Positions 1 through 16,105 of a DNA stretch of 64,000 nt are shown one piece after another (positions within the stretch are counted from its first letter, which is position 1; each line of letters opens with the position of its first letter). Both the position numbers and the translations under genes were made by a program. The notes below the pieces were generated by a model. The model did no database searches, was not told the DNA's origin, and worked only from the letters and a program-made list of their open reading frames with translations. The stretch comes from Mustelus asterias (lineage: Eukaryota): positions 36,580,001 to 36,644,000 of the forward strand of contig NC_135808.1 in NCBI RefSeq assembly GCF_964213995.1. The letters are read 5' to 3'.

Positions 1-207
1 ACCACCGGCGAGCACGCAAGTTCAAGTAAGCCTGGACAATTGCGTCCAGGACTCTCTAATGAATATTTAAATCATGATTTTGCCGTCAGAATAGGGCCAG
101 TAATATCGCGAGAGGTGGGAAACCGGATCTGATTTTTTTTCCTCTCTCTGGCCTTACTGGCTCGCCACACCGATCAACCGGTGTGATGAGCCAGTAAGAT
201 CATCCCC
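1..207. mobile_element. End of a probable non-autonomous DNA transposon (Harbinger/MITE-like), truncated by window edge
   Basis: Subterminal hairpin (cttactggctc 153-163 / gagccagtaag 188-198) ending ...gatcatcccc. Not seen at the corresponding position of the paralogous block near 24170. Confidence 0.4.
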
Positions 208-257
208 AAAGACAACACTAACACCTGAAGTTAGAACTAGTTACCACTTTAAATCAT

Positions 258-545
258 AGGTTTAAGGTGCGAGGGGCAAGTTTTAAAAGAGCTGTACGAG
301 GCAGATTTTTTACACAGAGAGTGGTGGGTGCCTGGAACTCGTTGCCGGGGGAGGTAGTGGAAGCGGATACGGTAGTGACTTTTAAGGGGCGTCTTGACAA
401 GTACATGAATGAGATGGGAATAGAGGGATATGGTCCCCGGAAGCGTAGGGGGTTTTAGTTAAATCAGGCAGCATGGTCAGTGCAGGCTTGGAGGGCCAAA
501 GGGTCTGTTCCTGTGCTGTAATTTTCTTTGTTCTTTGTTCTTTGT
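258..545 (+). mobile_element. CR1 LINE 3' fragment
   Basis: ORF 267-458 has the CR1 C-terminal motif FFTQRVVGAWNSLP; (ttctttg)n-type tail. Confidence 0.85.
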
Positions 546-684
546 AAACTTTCAGGCTGTCAGTTTATAGGCCCGGTCTTTCCCTTACCAGTGGGACTTA
601 AGGCCATTGAAGCCCCCCAGTTGTAAACAGCCTTGAGACTTAACCCCTTAAAAATTGAATCTAATACAACATAAATATTACAAG

Positions 685-1097
685 TTGTCAGCCATGGCTT
701 AGTTAGCACTCTCATTTCTGAGTCGGAACGTTGTGAATTCAAGTCTCACTCCAAAGTGCTGAGCACTGAGGCTGACACTCCAGTGTAGTACTGAGGGAGT
801 GCTGCACTGTCAGAGATATCATATTTCAGATTAGTTAAACCTCTGCCCTCTGGTGAATATAAAACATCCCATGACATTTTATTGTAGAAGAGCAGGTTAT
901 TCCCGATGTCCACGTCAAAATAATCCCGCAATTAATGTACAAAAACTAATTTTCTGGTCTTTATCACATTGCTGTTTGTGGGATCTTGCTGCTGTAAATT
1001 ACAACAGTCACCACCACTTAATTAGCACTTCACTGGCTGTAATATTTTCAGGTACCAAGCGTATGAAAGTTGATATATAAATGCAGTTCTTTCTTTC
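685..1097 (+). mobile_element. DeuSINE/SacSINE-like tRNA-derived SINE (paralogous copy at ~24345-24570)
   Basis: tRNA-like head, central gtactgagggagtgctgcactgtc block, tail tatataaatgcagttctttctt. Confidence 0.6.
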
Positions 1098-1282
1098 GGA
1101 GGGAAGAGTTATGTTTCCTGTGCACTGGAAATTTTAAACCCATTGATGGGAAAGTCTACCAGCCCACAGTGACATTGACAATTGACGTATTGTGCACAGG
1201 ACTCTTACTGTAGGCTCCTGAGTGTTTCAGTGGATAAAAACACACCAAGCTGACAAATCAGGGACTCTGGGTTAAATTTAGA

Positions 1283-1632
1283 GGCGGCATTGGCTGAGTG
1301 GTATTATTGCTAGACTATTAATCCAGAAACTCAGCTAATGTTCTGGGGACCCGGGTTCGAATCCTGCCACGGCAGATGGTGGAATTTGAATTCAATTTTT
1401 AAAAATCTGGGATTAAGAATCTACTGATGACCATGAAACTGTTATCAATTGTCGGAAAAACCCACTGGTTCACTAATGTCCTTGAGGGAAGGAAATCTGT
1501 TGTCCTTGCCTGGCCTACATGTGACTGCAGAACCACAGCAATGTGGTTGACACTCAACTGCCCTTGGGCAACTAGGGATGGGCAATAAATGCTGGCCAGC
1601 CAGTGACGCCCATGTCCCACGAATGAATAAAA
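1283..1632 (+). mobile_element. tRNA-derived SINE with L2-like tail
   Basis: A box (tggctgagtgg), B box (ggttcgaatcc), tail gatgggcaataaatgctggcc. Related copies at ~4540-4760, ~22860-23120 and ~57530-57770. Confidence 0.65.
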
Positions 1633-2144
1633 CATTTTTTTTTAAGTGAATTTGTTGTGAGATATAAATATATACAAAAGCTACATAAAACAGCAGATAA
1701 GCAACACTATATTCAGCTTGCACCAAACATTGAATCAACCAAAATTTGAAAATTACTCAAAATCTTTCCCAGAACATGAAATGAGTTTCAGAAGAGTGTA
1801 TGGTTTTCATATTACACGGTTATCACAGCGAAGCACGGTGGGCTGAGGGAACTCAGGTTCTGTAGAGACTCACCCCCACTCCCTCATCACACTCAGACCC
1901 AGACAGAAAAGTTCAAACGTTACTGATGGTATTAGTCAAACACCTGTCAACTGAAGTGGATCTGTCTATAATTCACTATCTAAAGCAAGGTCTGATTCTA
2001 TCCTATACCCACTCCTGAGAGCACAGGGGGCACAGCATTAAAATTTGAGCTCAGGTTTTCAGGGATGATGTCAGGAAGTGACAGGAAGGCAGGTAGAGCA
2101 GGAATCTCTGACTGTATCTCACTCTCCAACCACTATTCAGTTTT

Positions 2145-3804
2145 GAATACTTAATACGATTAATGTTACCAGAGAGGCAGTGCTGGGTAGACTAATGGGA
2201 CTGAAGGTGGACAAGTCCCCGGGTCCGGATGGAATGCATCCCAGGGTATTGAAAGAAATGTCAGAGGTAATAGTGGATGCGTTAGTGATTATTTATCAAA
2301 ACTCGTTGCATTCTGGGGTAGTGCCGGTTGATTGGAAAACGGCTAATGTTACGCCGCTGTTTAAAAAAGGAAGGAGACAAAAGGCGGGTAACTATAGGCC
2401 GGTCAGCTTAACGTCTGTCGTAGGGAAAATGCTGGAATCCATTATTAAAGAGGAGATAGCAGGGCATCTGGATAGAAATGGTTCGATCAATCAGACGCAG
2501 CATGGATTCATGAGGGGAAAGTCGTGCTTGACAAACATGTTGGATTTTTATGAAGATGTGACTAGGGCGGTTGATGGAGGAGAACCGGTGGATGCGGTGT
2601 TTTTGGATTTCCAAAAGGCGTTTGATAAGGTGCCCCATAAAAGGCTGCTGAAGAAGATTAGGGCACACGGAGTTGGGGGTAGTGTGTTAAAGTGGATTGG
2701 GGACTGGCTATCCGACAGGAAGCAAAGAGTCGGAATAAATGAGTGTTTTTCCGGTTGGAGGAAGGTAACTAGTGGCGTGCCGCAGGGATCGGTACTCGGG
2801 CCGCAACTGTTTACCATTTATATAGATGATCTGGAGGAGGGGACGGAGTGTAGGGTAACGAAGTTTGCAGACGACACAAAGATAAGTGGAAAAGTGAATC
2901 GTGTGGAGGACGGAGAAGATCTGCAGAGAGATTTGGACAGGCTGAGTGAGTGGGCGAGGATATGGCAAATGGAGTATAATGTTGAGAAATGCGGGGTTAT
3001 ACACTTTGGAGGAAATAATAACAAATGGGATTACTATCTCAATGGAAACAAATTAAAACATGCTACCGTGCAAAGGGACCTGGGGGTCCTTGTGCATGAG
3101 ATGCAAAAGCCCAGTCTGCAGGTACAACAGGTGATCAAGAAGGCAAATGGGATGTTGGCCTATATTGCGAAGGGGATAGAATATAAAAGCAGGGATGTCT
3201 TGATGCACCTGTACAGGGCATTGGTGAGGCCGCAGCTGGAATACTGTGTGCAGTATTGGTCCCCTTATATGAGGAAGGATATATTGGCATTGGAGGGAGT
3301 GCAGAGAAGGTTCACCAGGTTGATACCGGAGATGAGGGGTTTGGATTATGAGGAGAGGCTGTGGAGATTGGGTTTGTACTCGTTGGAGTTCAGAAGGATG
3401 AGGGAGGATCTTATGGAGACTTATAAGATAATGCGGGGGCTGGATAGGGTGGAGGCGGAGAGATTCTTTCCACTTAGTAAGGAAGTTAAAACTAGAGGAC
3501 ACAGCCTCAAAATAAAGGGGGGTCGGTTTAAGACAGAGTTGAGGAGGAACTTCTTCTCCCAGAGGGTGGTGAATCTCTGGAATTCTCTGCCCGCTGAGGT
3601 GGTGGAGGCTACCTCGCTGAATATGTTTAAAGCGCGGATGGATAGATTCCTGATCGGTAAGGGAATTAAGGGTTATGGGGATCAGGCGGGTAAGTGGTAC
3701 TGATCCACGTCAGATCAGCCATGATCTTATTGAATGGCAGGGCAGGCTCGAGGGGCTAGATGGCCTACTCCTGCTCCTATTTCTTATGTTCTTATGTTCT
3801 TATG
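2145..3804 (+). mobile_element. Young 5'-truncated CR1 LINE; uninterrupted 507-aa ORF2 reverse-transcriptase portion (2180-3703)
   Basis: [57 protein letters not shown]; (ttatgttc)n tail. Confidence 0.95.
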
Positions 3805-5920
3805 AAAGTGATGGTTGATCTGGGAGAATGCAGCCAGAGCCATGGCACCGCAGCTAGTTCAACTGTACAGAGAACACAAAGAAGACTGGAAGAGTAATAG
3901 TGATAGGACATTTGATAGCTAGCTGAACAAACAGCCATCTTTACAAATGCAGATGTGAATCCAGGATGGTGTGATGCCAGGGTCAAGGATGTCACAGAAC
4001 GGCTGCAAAGAATCCTGAGGGGGTCAGGGGGTGAGCAGCCGGGGGCAATGTCCACATTGGTACCAACAACACAGATAGGAAGAGAGATTTGGGCTTGCAG
4101 TCAGAATTTAGAGAGCAGGGCAGAAAATTAGCAATTGGGACCTCAGAAATAATAACCTCCGATTTCTCTTGGTACCAGATACAAGTGAGAAATGGGAGGA
4201 TAAAAAAGACAAATTTGTGGCTGGAAAGATGGAGAAAGATGGAGGGCTTTAAATTCCTGGGACATTGGGATCAGTTCTGGGGGAGATGGGCCATGCAGGT
4301 TACACCTAAACAGAGCCGGGACCAACTCCTCACAGGGCGATTTGCTGGTGCTGTTGGGGAGAGTTCAAACTTATCAAGGGAGTGGGAAGCAGGAGATCAG
4401 ACTGGAGAGGAACACCAATAGTATTGGGAGAGGCAAATCGCACCAGAGTAGGAAGTAGTGAGATATTATTTGGGTTCAGAGCAAAAAAGGAAATAATCAA
4501 TGTCTAAATTATGGTCACAGTGCATGTTTCTGAATGTATGACCATGAAACCATTGTCGATTGTCTTAAAAACCCATCTGGTTCACTAACGTGCTTCAGGC
4601 ACTGAAATCTTTCATTATTACTTGGTCTGGTGTACATGTGAATCCAGATCCACAGACTCTTAACTGCCCTCTGAAATGCAACAGCAAACCACTCTTTTCA
4701 AGGGTGATTTGGGATGGGTGATTAATGCTGGCCCAGACAGTATTACCCACATCCCCTGAGCAAATAATAAGCAAACATATTGCTGAGTTGCCGATGCAAA
4801 TACCCATGGGGAAATATGATGTTGTGGCTGAAAGGAGGCTGGGACTGGGTATTAAACATTTCAGATTATAAGGTGTTTAGGAAAAATAGGGAAGGAGAGG
4901 AGGAGGGTAGTAAGATTGATGAAGTAGAATGTTACAGAGCTGGATAGAGAGGATGTCCCAGAAGGATAAAGGACAGAATCTAAATGGCTCAAGGTCAGGT
5001 ACAATAAAGGTGCAGTTCCATTGCTCAGTATTGTCTATAGGCCACCAACTAGTGGAAAAGATGTAGAAGAACAAAACTGCAAGAAAATTACAGACAGGTG
5101 CAATAAGAATAGAGTAGCTATAATGGGAGACTTTAATTATCTGAATATAGAGTGGGATAATAATGGTTAAAGGGCAGAGAGGTGTAACTGTTCCCAGAGT
5201 GTGTTAATGAGAAGATTACATTGAAGTATGATTCCACTCCAATGAGAAAGGAGGCATTGCTGGACCTGGTTTTTCAGAATGAGGGGTCCAAGTGGATCAA
5301 GTATCAGCAGAACATTTAGGGACAGTGATCATTGTATCGTAAGGTTTAGGGTGACTATGGAAAAGGAGATGGAACAATCCAGAGTAAGATTAATGAACTG
5401 GGGGAAAGCCAAATTCAATGGGGTAAGAATGGATCTGATCCACATAAATTGGAATCAAGGGTTGGCACAAAAACAGTAATTGAACAGTGGACTACATTTA
5501 AAGATCAAGTGTATTCTCACAAAGGGAAAAGGCAGAGCAAAAAAATCCAGAGCTCCCTGGATGACAAAAGAGGCAGAAGTTAATATGAAGGAGATAAAAT
5601 GTGTTTATGACCGTTGTCAGGTAGAGAATACAACAGAGAAACTGGCTGAATATTGAAGGTTTAGAGGGGAATTGGAAAAGCAAATTGCAGAAGTAAATAG
5701 ACAGTATGAGAAGATTCTGGAAGGTAACATGAAAGGGAGTCCAAAAGTCAGTAGGGATATAAATAGTGAAAGGGCGCTAAAAGGAAGCGTGGGGCCAATT
5801 AGGGACCAAACAGTGATTTCTGCATGGAGTCAGGGGGCTTGGCTGAGGTATTAAAATACTTTACATCTGTCTTTACCAAGGAAGAAGATGCTGCCCAGGT
5901 CATGGTGAAAGAGGAGTTTG
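3805..5920 (+). mobile_element. Old degraded CR1 LINE 5' part (ORF1 esterase-like and endonuclease fragments), interrupted by a SINE
   Basis: Fragments such as HIGTN, FKFLGHWDQFWGR, VYRPP, MGDFN, DSDHCIVRF with frameshifts. Confidence 0.7.
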
Positions 5921-6839
5921 GATGCATCTTGGTTTGTTAAGACACCTGAAGGATTCTCTTCTTAAACCTCTCTGCATCATTTTCTCTCTCCCCTCTGTTA
6001 GGACCCTTATTAAATCCCACCTCTTTGACCATATTTTTAGTCATCTCCTCCCAATATCTCCTTCTTTGTCTCAGTTTTAATTTTTCTCTGATTACATCTC
6101 TATGAAACACTTTGGGATGTTTGACTATATTAAAGTGCTCTATAAATACAAGTTGTTGTCCTCTCACATTCCCTCCAATCCTCAAGGTACTGTCCTGGAG
6201 TACAGACTGTGGACATTGATTGGCCTCTAGTGCTCTGTTCGAGTGGCCATTCAGCATGTGTAGACCCAAACAGTGAATGTTGTGAGACAATGGAGACTGT
6301 CACATCCGAGACACATCCTGCCCTCCCCCGACTTCCCAGCTGGGCTCACTGATGAGGAACGGGATTCCTGGTTGATTCTCCCCTCCATCGACCAGAGATG
6401 CTGAGGCTAATTGAAGTCCCACCATTACTACCCCAGAAATGGTTCCTTCCCCAGGTGCTTTTGCTGATGGATCAGAAGCTGAAGCCTTTCTAACCATTGA
6501 GCATCTGATTGCCTTCTCGGTCAGTGTGACTTGTACTGACCCTGCACTGAAAAGATGCTGAATTTATACAGGAACATCTATACATATTGATGTTTTCTTT
6601 TGGTGATATTTGGTGATCTGGTCAAAGGTTAAATTGACCTTCTTGAAATAATTAGATTGATGGTGGGAGAGGTTGGAGACAGACACTGCTGAGACAGACG
6701 GTGCTTTGGAAGGACAGCTCCGCTGTGTGAGCACTGGAGAGTAAACAACACAGACAATTCTCAGTGTAAGGGAAACAGGTGAGCAGGCTCCAAGTCCGTG
6801 TGGCGATGTCGGTGTTTGGAAAGACAGGAGGAGTCGGTG

Positions 6840-10450
<3,611 letters not shown>

Positions 10451-11419
10451 GTAGCTTTTCTTCTGATAACTCTTTTACAACAGATGCATCTTGTGTCTTA
10501 GGAGTTCTTATCGAAGTGGAGCCTTCTTCATACACTTCACATATGAGAAACCTCCCACCATAGGAATGAGTCAGTGGTTCATGAGGCTCAATGAATGATT
10601 GAAGCTCTCAACATACTTGGAGCCCATTCAGACAGCTTCCCAGTCACACCCTAATAAATGCTCCTCAGACGAACCTTTGGAAATGTTGATTCTGATGGAT
10701 GGTTCCAAACTGATGACCAGTTTCAGATTTGATGATAGGTCAAAGGTCCCCTGACCCGACTGATTTCTCGGTGATGGCTTTACTGCTCAATATTCTCTGT
10801 GTTGAGCAATGCTGTGAAGGGACACAATTATGTTGTTGTTCCTTTAGTGATAGTCAGGATCTATCTATGGTGTCTATCCTCTCTGTACTCTCTGATGTAG
10901 TACGGTGCAATCCATCTGTAAAACAGGATTTCCTCCAACTCCCTTTCGTCCTTGCTGAAGGGATTAATTCCTCCATTAAAGACTGTTCAACAGTGAGTGC
11001 CAGTCTGTTATGTTATAGAATGGAGATTTTGAAATTTCTCCTAATTTTCAGAAAATATTTGATGAAAACACACCAGCAGGAAGTGCTAGAAGCTAAGGAA
11101 AATATTACTTCAGTGTAGCTATTTGAAGGGTTCTGGTTTATCCTGGGAAATTAGACACACTGCACTCACTCAGACTTCGCATCACGAGTTCAGTTATCAG
11201 ACACAGCACTGGGCAAAACTATCAAATCCAAGCCCAGGCTTGGGAAAGGCCGTGGCCTTCAGGTAAAATCTTTAATGAAGGCATTAAAATACATTTCAAT
11301 AAATGTGTCTCTGTCCCTCCCAGATGACTGCATCTCACCTTTTCAAATTTAGTAATGACCCATCAACAAAATATAGCATGAGATGAGGAGTTTGACTGAC
11401 AAAGAGAGATTGGGCAGTT

Positions 11420-11895
11420 GAGGCCGATACTCTCTGGCGTTCAGAAGAATGAGAGATCTAATTGAGGTACACAAAATGATAAGGGGGATGTAGATGTGGA
11501 GAGGATGTTTCCTCTTGTAAGACAATCTAGAACAAGAGATCACAGTTTTAGGATAAGGGATGGCTGATTTAAAACAGAGATGAGGAGAAATTGCTTCTCT
11601 CAATGGGGAGTCACTGTCCGAAGTCTGCACATTCTCCCCTTATCTGCGTGAGTTCCTCGGAGTGCTTTGCTTTCCTCCCACAGTCACTGCCTCAGTGTGG
11701 TGGGTGCCAGGATTTGAGTAAATTTAAGGAAGAGGTGGAGAGATTTTTAATTAGTAAGGATTTGAAGGGCAATGGTGAACGGGCAGGAGAGTGGTGTTGA
11801 TGCCAGGATGAGATCAGCTGTGATCATATTAAATAGCGGAGCAGGCTCAAGAGGCTAAACTACCTACTCCTGCTCCTAGTTCTTATGTTCTTATG
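11420..11895 (+). mobile_element. CR1 3' fragment containing a small SINE fragment
   Basis: 3' UTR ...ctcctgctcctagttcttatgttcttatg as in other CR1 copies. Confidence 0.7.
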
Positions 11896-12424
11896 ACATC
11901 AGAAGGGAAATGCTTCCAATAAACACATTCAATATCCAACACACAGCTCCAATCCAACAGCTCAGCTCTGACAAAGGGTCATCTAGACTCAAAAAGTTGG
12001 CTCTATTCTCTCTCCACCGATGCTGTCAGACCCTGCAGAGATTTTCAAGTATTTTCTGATTTTGTTTCAGATTCCAGCATCTGCAGTTTTTTTGCTTTCG
12101 CTCAGTTCTAGGATTAATGGCTCTCACAGCCAGTGAGAGACAGAGGGAACAGGAGCCCAGCCCACAACAGAAATGCTAATTATTTATGCAATAAATCGCA
12201 TTGGAGAGGCAGAGCTTCATTGTCCCTTTGACAAAGGGTCATCTGGACTCAAAACATCAGCTCTTTTCTCTCCTTTCAGATGCTGCCAGACCTGCTGAGA
12301 TTTTCAAGCATTTTCTCTTTTGGTTAGAGCTTCATAGTCTCCGTGCTCTGCCCAGTTCTGAGCAGCCGCTTTCCTTGCAGACTCTCACTGGTGGGAACTA
12401 CATTATCCATGCTGCATGTGTCCC

Positions 12425-12700
12425 CGGGGCCTGTGCAGTGAGGGGCGGCAGTATGGAATCAGGGGAGTGCCAGCCCGCGGTGCCTGATGGGAGTTGTAGT
12501 TCTGCCACGCACAGTGCCGGTTGGCTCCCAGCGTTCGGGAGTTGGGAATGTGAGGAAGCGCGAGCCCCGAGCGGCTGAATCGAATTGAAAAGCAGAGATT
12601 GATCCTTGGGAGGAACCAGAGCGATGGCGGTGGGAAGATTCACTGTTGCAGGAGATTTTCTGCATAAAAGTCACACAAGTCACAGCAGTCCCACTGACTG
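12425..12700 (-). promoter_or_regulatory. CpG-containing promoter with ZNF143/Staf site (SBS), copy 1
   Basis: Reverse complement of 12476-12500 is ACTACAACTCCCATCAGGCACCGCG, matching the ACTACA-SBS/SPH motif. Block recurs at ~26940, ~54450 and ~62510. Confidence 0.7.
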
Positions 12701-12829
12701 CACAACAGAGTAGAGCTGTAAGAAGAGGATAGTGTGGTTGGGCATGTCATAGGCTGCTGAGAGGTTGCTTCTCTCTCCCCAGATATTTCCAGACCTGAGG
12801 ATTTCCAGCATTTTCTGAATCTAAAGTTT

Positions 12830-13132
12830 TAAAATTTATTTGTCAGTGTCACCAGTAGGCTTACATTAACACTGTAATGAAGTTATGGTGAAAATCCCCT
12901 AGTCGCCACACACTGGCGCCTGTTCGGGTACACTGAGGGAGGACGTGGCATGGCTAATGTACCAAACCAGCACTTCTTTCGGACTGTGGGAGGAAAGCGA
13001 AGCACTCTGAGGAATTCACGCAGATACGGGGAGAACGTGCAGACTTTGGACAGACAGTGACAGAAGCTGGGAATCGAAGCTTGTACCTGGCGCTGTGGGG
13101 CAGCAGTGCTAACCACTGTGCCAGCGTGCCGC
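12830..13132 (-). mobile_element. HE1/V-SINE-type tRNA-derived SINE
   Basis: Head ggcggcacgctggcacagtggttagcactgctgc on the minus strand; V-domain-like core. Confidence 0.8.
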
Positions 13133-13393
13133 CAGATTTCCTGCATGCACAGGATTTTGCCCCATTGGATTCCAAGAGCTGGCTGTATGCATGTCAGGGA
13201 GTGTAGACTATGGGCTGATTCGATGGAGCTTTGAAAATAACAACAATTTGTCTTCATGACTTCATGTGGACAACTTATTTCAATTGGAGAGGTTAAGGAG
13301 GAGCAAAGGTAACATTTACAAGCTGTGCAAGGGCAGAACTACAGATTCATCAATCATTAAAAGTAACGAGGCATCCCAGGTGACTAACAAAAA

Positions 13394-13428
13394 GCTTCTC
13401 GGCCTTTTGGCTAAGATCAAGTGTAGTA
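13394..13428 (+). pseudogene. RNU2: U2 snRNA 5' fragment (nt 4-38) heading a non-U2 structured sequence
   Basis: gcttctcggccttttggctaagatcaagtgtagta matches the U2 5' end; a second partial copy cggccttttggctaagat lies at 13516-13533. Confidence 0.85.
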
Positions 13429-14151
13429 GGATTGGATGCTGCACTTGGTTGAGGTCATTGGGTTACATTGAAGCTTCATATGTTTCATATGAAGCAATTT
13501 TTAAAAGCGGCATCCCGGCCTTTTGGCTAAGATGCAAATAAGCTCAAGTCTTGGAGGAGGTGTTGCTTTGCTCCTCCAATCAGCTTGGCTCATGTAGATC
13601 GGGCCCAGGACAAGGTGGTTTGGTCGCCTGCCCTGTCTTGTCAGCCTGGATCGGAAATGCTTCAACTTGTTGAGACTCTGAATTGGATTTGATTTGATTG
13701 AATTGGAAAAGTATTTTAAAAAAGGGCTGAATTTGGAGCTGAGGGAAGCTGAAGTTCCACAGCAGGCAACCTCTGGATATGGTAGGGCTGTGAATTATTA
13801 AACCATAGGGCATCAACTCACCCAATGAGCCCCAGCACACTCCCTGAGTCACCAAGACAATCTCCCAGAAATAGAGACACTCCTCGATCACTGGGTCAAT
13901 CTCCCCTCTCCGGGTCACTGTCTCTCCTCTATCCGTCTGTTCTGTGAGTGTGTGTCTCTCTCTCTCTCTTGTGTCCATCTGTCCTGTGCATGTGCTGATT
14001 CCACGACGACACATCATCGCTGCCTTGGATGCTGTGGGTCTTCCTCTTCTGATCTGCAAATCCCAGGCTACTCATCCCACACTGATGTCAGTTTGAAAGC
14101 CTCTGAGGATGAAGAATGTTATTCCCACACTAGGAATGTCTGTCACACATT

Positions 14152-14716
14152 TAGAAGTCTCACAACACCAGGTTAAAATCCAACAGGTTCATTTGGTAGC
14201 AAAAGCCACTCGCTTTTGGAGCGCTGCTCCTTCGTCAGGTGAGTAGGACTTCTGTTCACAAACAGGGCATATAAAGACACAAACTCAATTTACAAAATAA
14301 TGGTTGGAATCGCATTCCACATCCCTTGATTGAATACAAAAATAGAGAGAGAGAAATGATTTAGAATGTAACGTGCAGCACACTCAGATTTGATTTGATT
14401 GGATTAGATTTATTCTTGTAACATGTATTAGTGTACAGTGAAAAGTATTGTTTCTTGCACGCTATACAGACAAAGCATACCGTTCATAGAGAAGGAAAGG
14501 AGAAGGTGCAGAATGTAGTGTTACAGTCATAGCTAGGGTGGAGAGAAAGATCAACTTAATGCGAGGTAAGTCCATTCAAAAGTCTGAGAGCAGCAGGGAA
14601 GAAGCTGCTGCTGCTCTTCGGAGCAGTGCTCCGAAAGCTAGTGGCTTTGCTACCAAATAAACCTGTGAGACTTCTTACTGTGTTTACCCCAGTCCAACGC
14701 CGGCATCCCCACATCA
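14152..14716. mobile_element. Penelope pLTR fragments (inverted pair) with a nested Rex1/Babar 3' end (~14385-14612, minus strand)
   Basis: Same sequence family as 33866-34627 and 56700-56955; Rex tail (atttg)n. Confidence 0.7.
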
Positions 14717-14719
14717 TGT

Positions 14720-15007
14720 CACACATTTACCAGGGTAATTGAGACAGCAGCTGCAATAAGTGAGGCTTTATTCAGATGGAACAATGACAAGTTTAAATCC
14801 CCACCTGATCTGCTGCTCAAAGTCGCCTCCGTTTCACCAGTCAGTTTCCCAAACTTCAGGAAACTCATGTTACTCCAGAAATATTTGGATTGGCTGTGAG
14901 AGACGTCAATCAGAGAGCCCACCCACTCTGCCCATTTCCTCCTCTTCCTCTTTCACAGCGGCTTCACTTCCTGGAGGGACTGAAAACGAAGTGAGGAGAT
15001 GGTGAGT
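14720..15007 (+). promoter_or_regulatory. Repeated ZNF-module promoter/short 5' exon, copy 1, ending ATG|GTGAGT (15001/15002)
   Basis: Inverted CCAAT (gattggc), GACGTCA CRE-like and CACTTCCTG ETS-like motifs, consensus donor. Recurs at ~37220, ~44480, ~57780 and, inverted, ~33350. Confidence 0.65.
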
Positions 15008-15742
15008 GAAGGAGCAGAATTTATAATAATTACATTGCATAATATCCACACTAATGTTCAGGCAGTCTGACTATCCTGTGGGGAATCAGGTGTGGAAATG
15101 CCCCTTATGCTGTGTGAGAAGATCCAGCTAAGAGACCTGTTTACTCGGTGCTTTGGTTTGAGCTATTTGATTGGAGCTGTGTGTTGGATATTGAGTGTAT
15201 TTATTGGAAGCATTTCCCTTCTGACTTACACTTCCATTCTGAGTTTTATTGATGGGTCATTGCTGAATAAGAGGTGAAGTGTAATTATTTGGGAGGTGCA
15301 GAGACACATTTCTTCAAATGTGATTTAATGCCTTCTTTAAAGATTTCACCTGAAGGCCTCGGCCTTTCCCAAAAGCCTGGGCTTGGATTTGATAGTTTTG
15401 CCCAGTGCTGTGTCTGATAGCTGAATTTGGGATGTGCAACTTGAGTGAGTGCAGTGTATCTAATTTCCCAGGATAAACCTAGAACCCTTCAATCAGCTAC
15501 AATATTTTTGTATTTTCCTTAGCTTATATCACTTCCTTCCCATTGTGATTTCTTCAGATAATTTGGGAAAACGGGGGAAAAGTTGAAAATATCCATTGAA
15601 TTAACATTTCTCCGGATTAAACACAAACTTGAAGGGTAAAACTGGTCTTTACCAGGACAATATGAGTTCATAGTTCATTGGTAACTTGTTTTACACCCCG
15701 CTTGAAGGTCTATTCCATTGACTTCATGGTGCTATCAGATGT

Positions 15743-16105
15743 GCATGGTGGCACACTGGTTAGCACTGCTGCCTCACAACACCAGGGACCCAGGTTCGAT
15801 TCGAGCCTTGGGGGATTCTCTGTGTGGAGTTTGCACGTTCTCCCCATGTCTGCATGGGTTTTCTCTGGCGCTCTGGTCACTTCCCACGGTCCAAAGATAT
15901 GCAGATTAGGTGGATTGGACATGATAAATTGCCCTTTAGTAACCAAAGATGTGTAAATTAAGGAAAAATAGCGGGATATGTGTGGGGTTATGGGGATAGG
16001 GCAGGGGATGGGCCTGGGTAAAATGCTCTCTTCTGTTGGAGATTTGGAGCAGACTTGATGGGCTGAATGGCCTCCTTCTGCATTGTTTTTATGATATTAT
16101 GATTC
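15743..16105 (+). mobile_element. HE1/V-SINE
   Basis: tRNA head with ggttcgattc B box and HE1-like body and tail. Confidence 0.8.

Noticed and set aside
2408-3502. Antisense ORFs over CR1 RT
   Set aside because: Reverse-strand shadows of the LINE ORF2.
13394-13580. Functional U2 snRNA gene
   Set aside because: Only 35 nt match; no Sm site or 3' stem-loops.
14760-15277. Recurrent small ORFs (MTSLNPHLICCSKSPP..., MLCEKIQLRDLFTRCF...) as a peptide family
   Set aside because: They reflect duplicated promoter/intron sequence; starts and lengths are inconsistent between copies.
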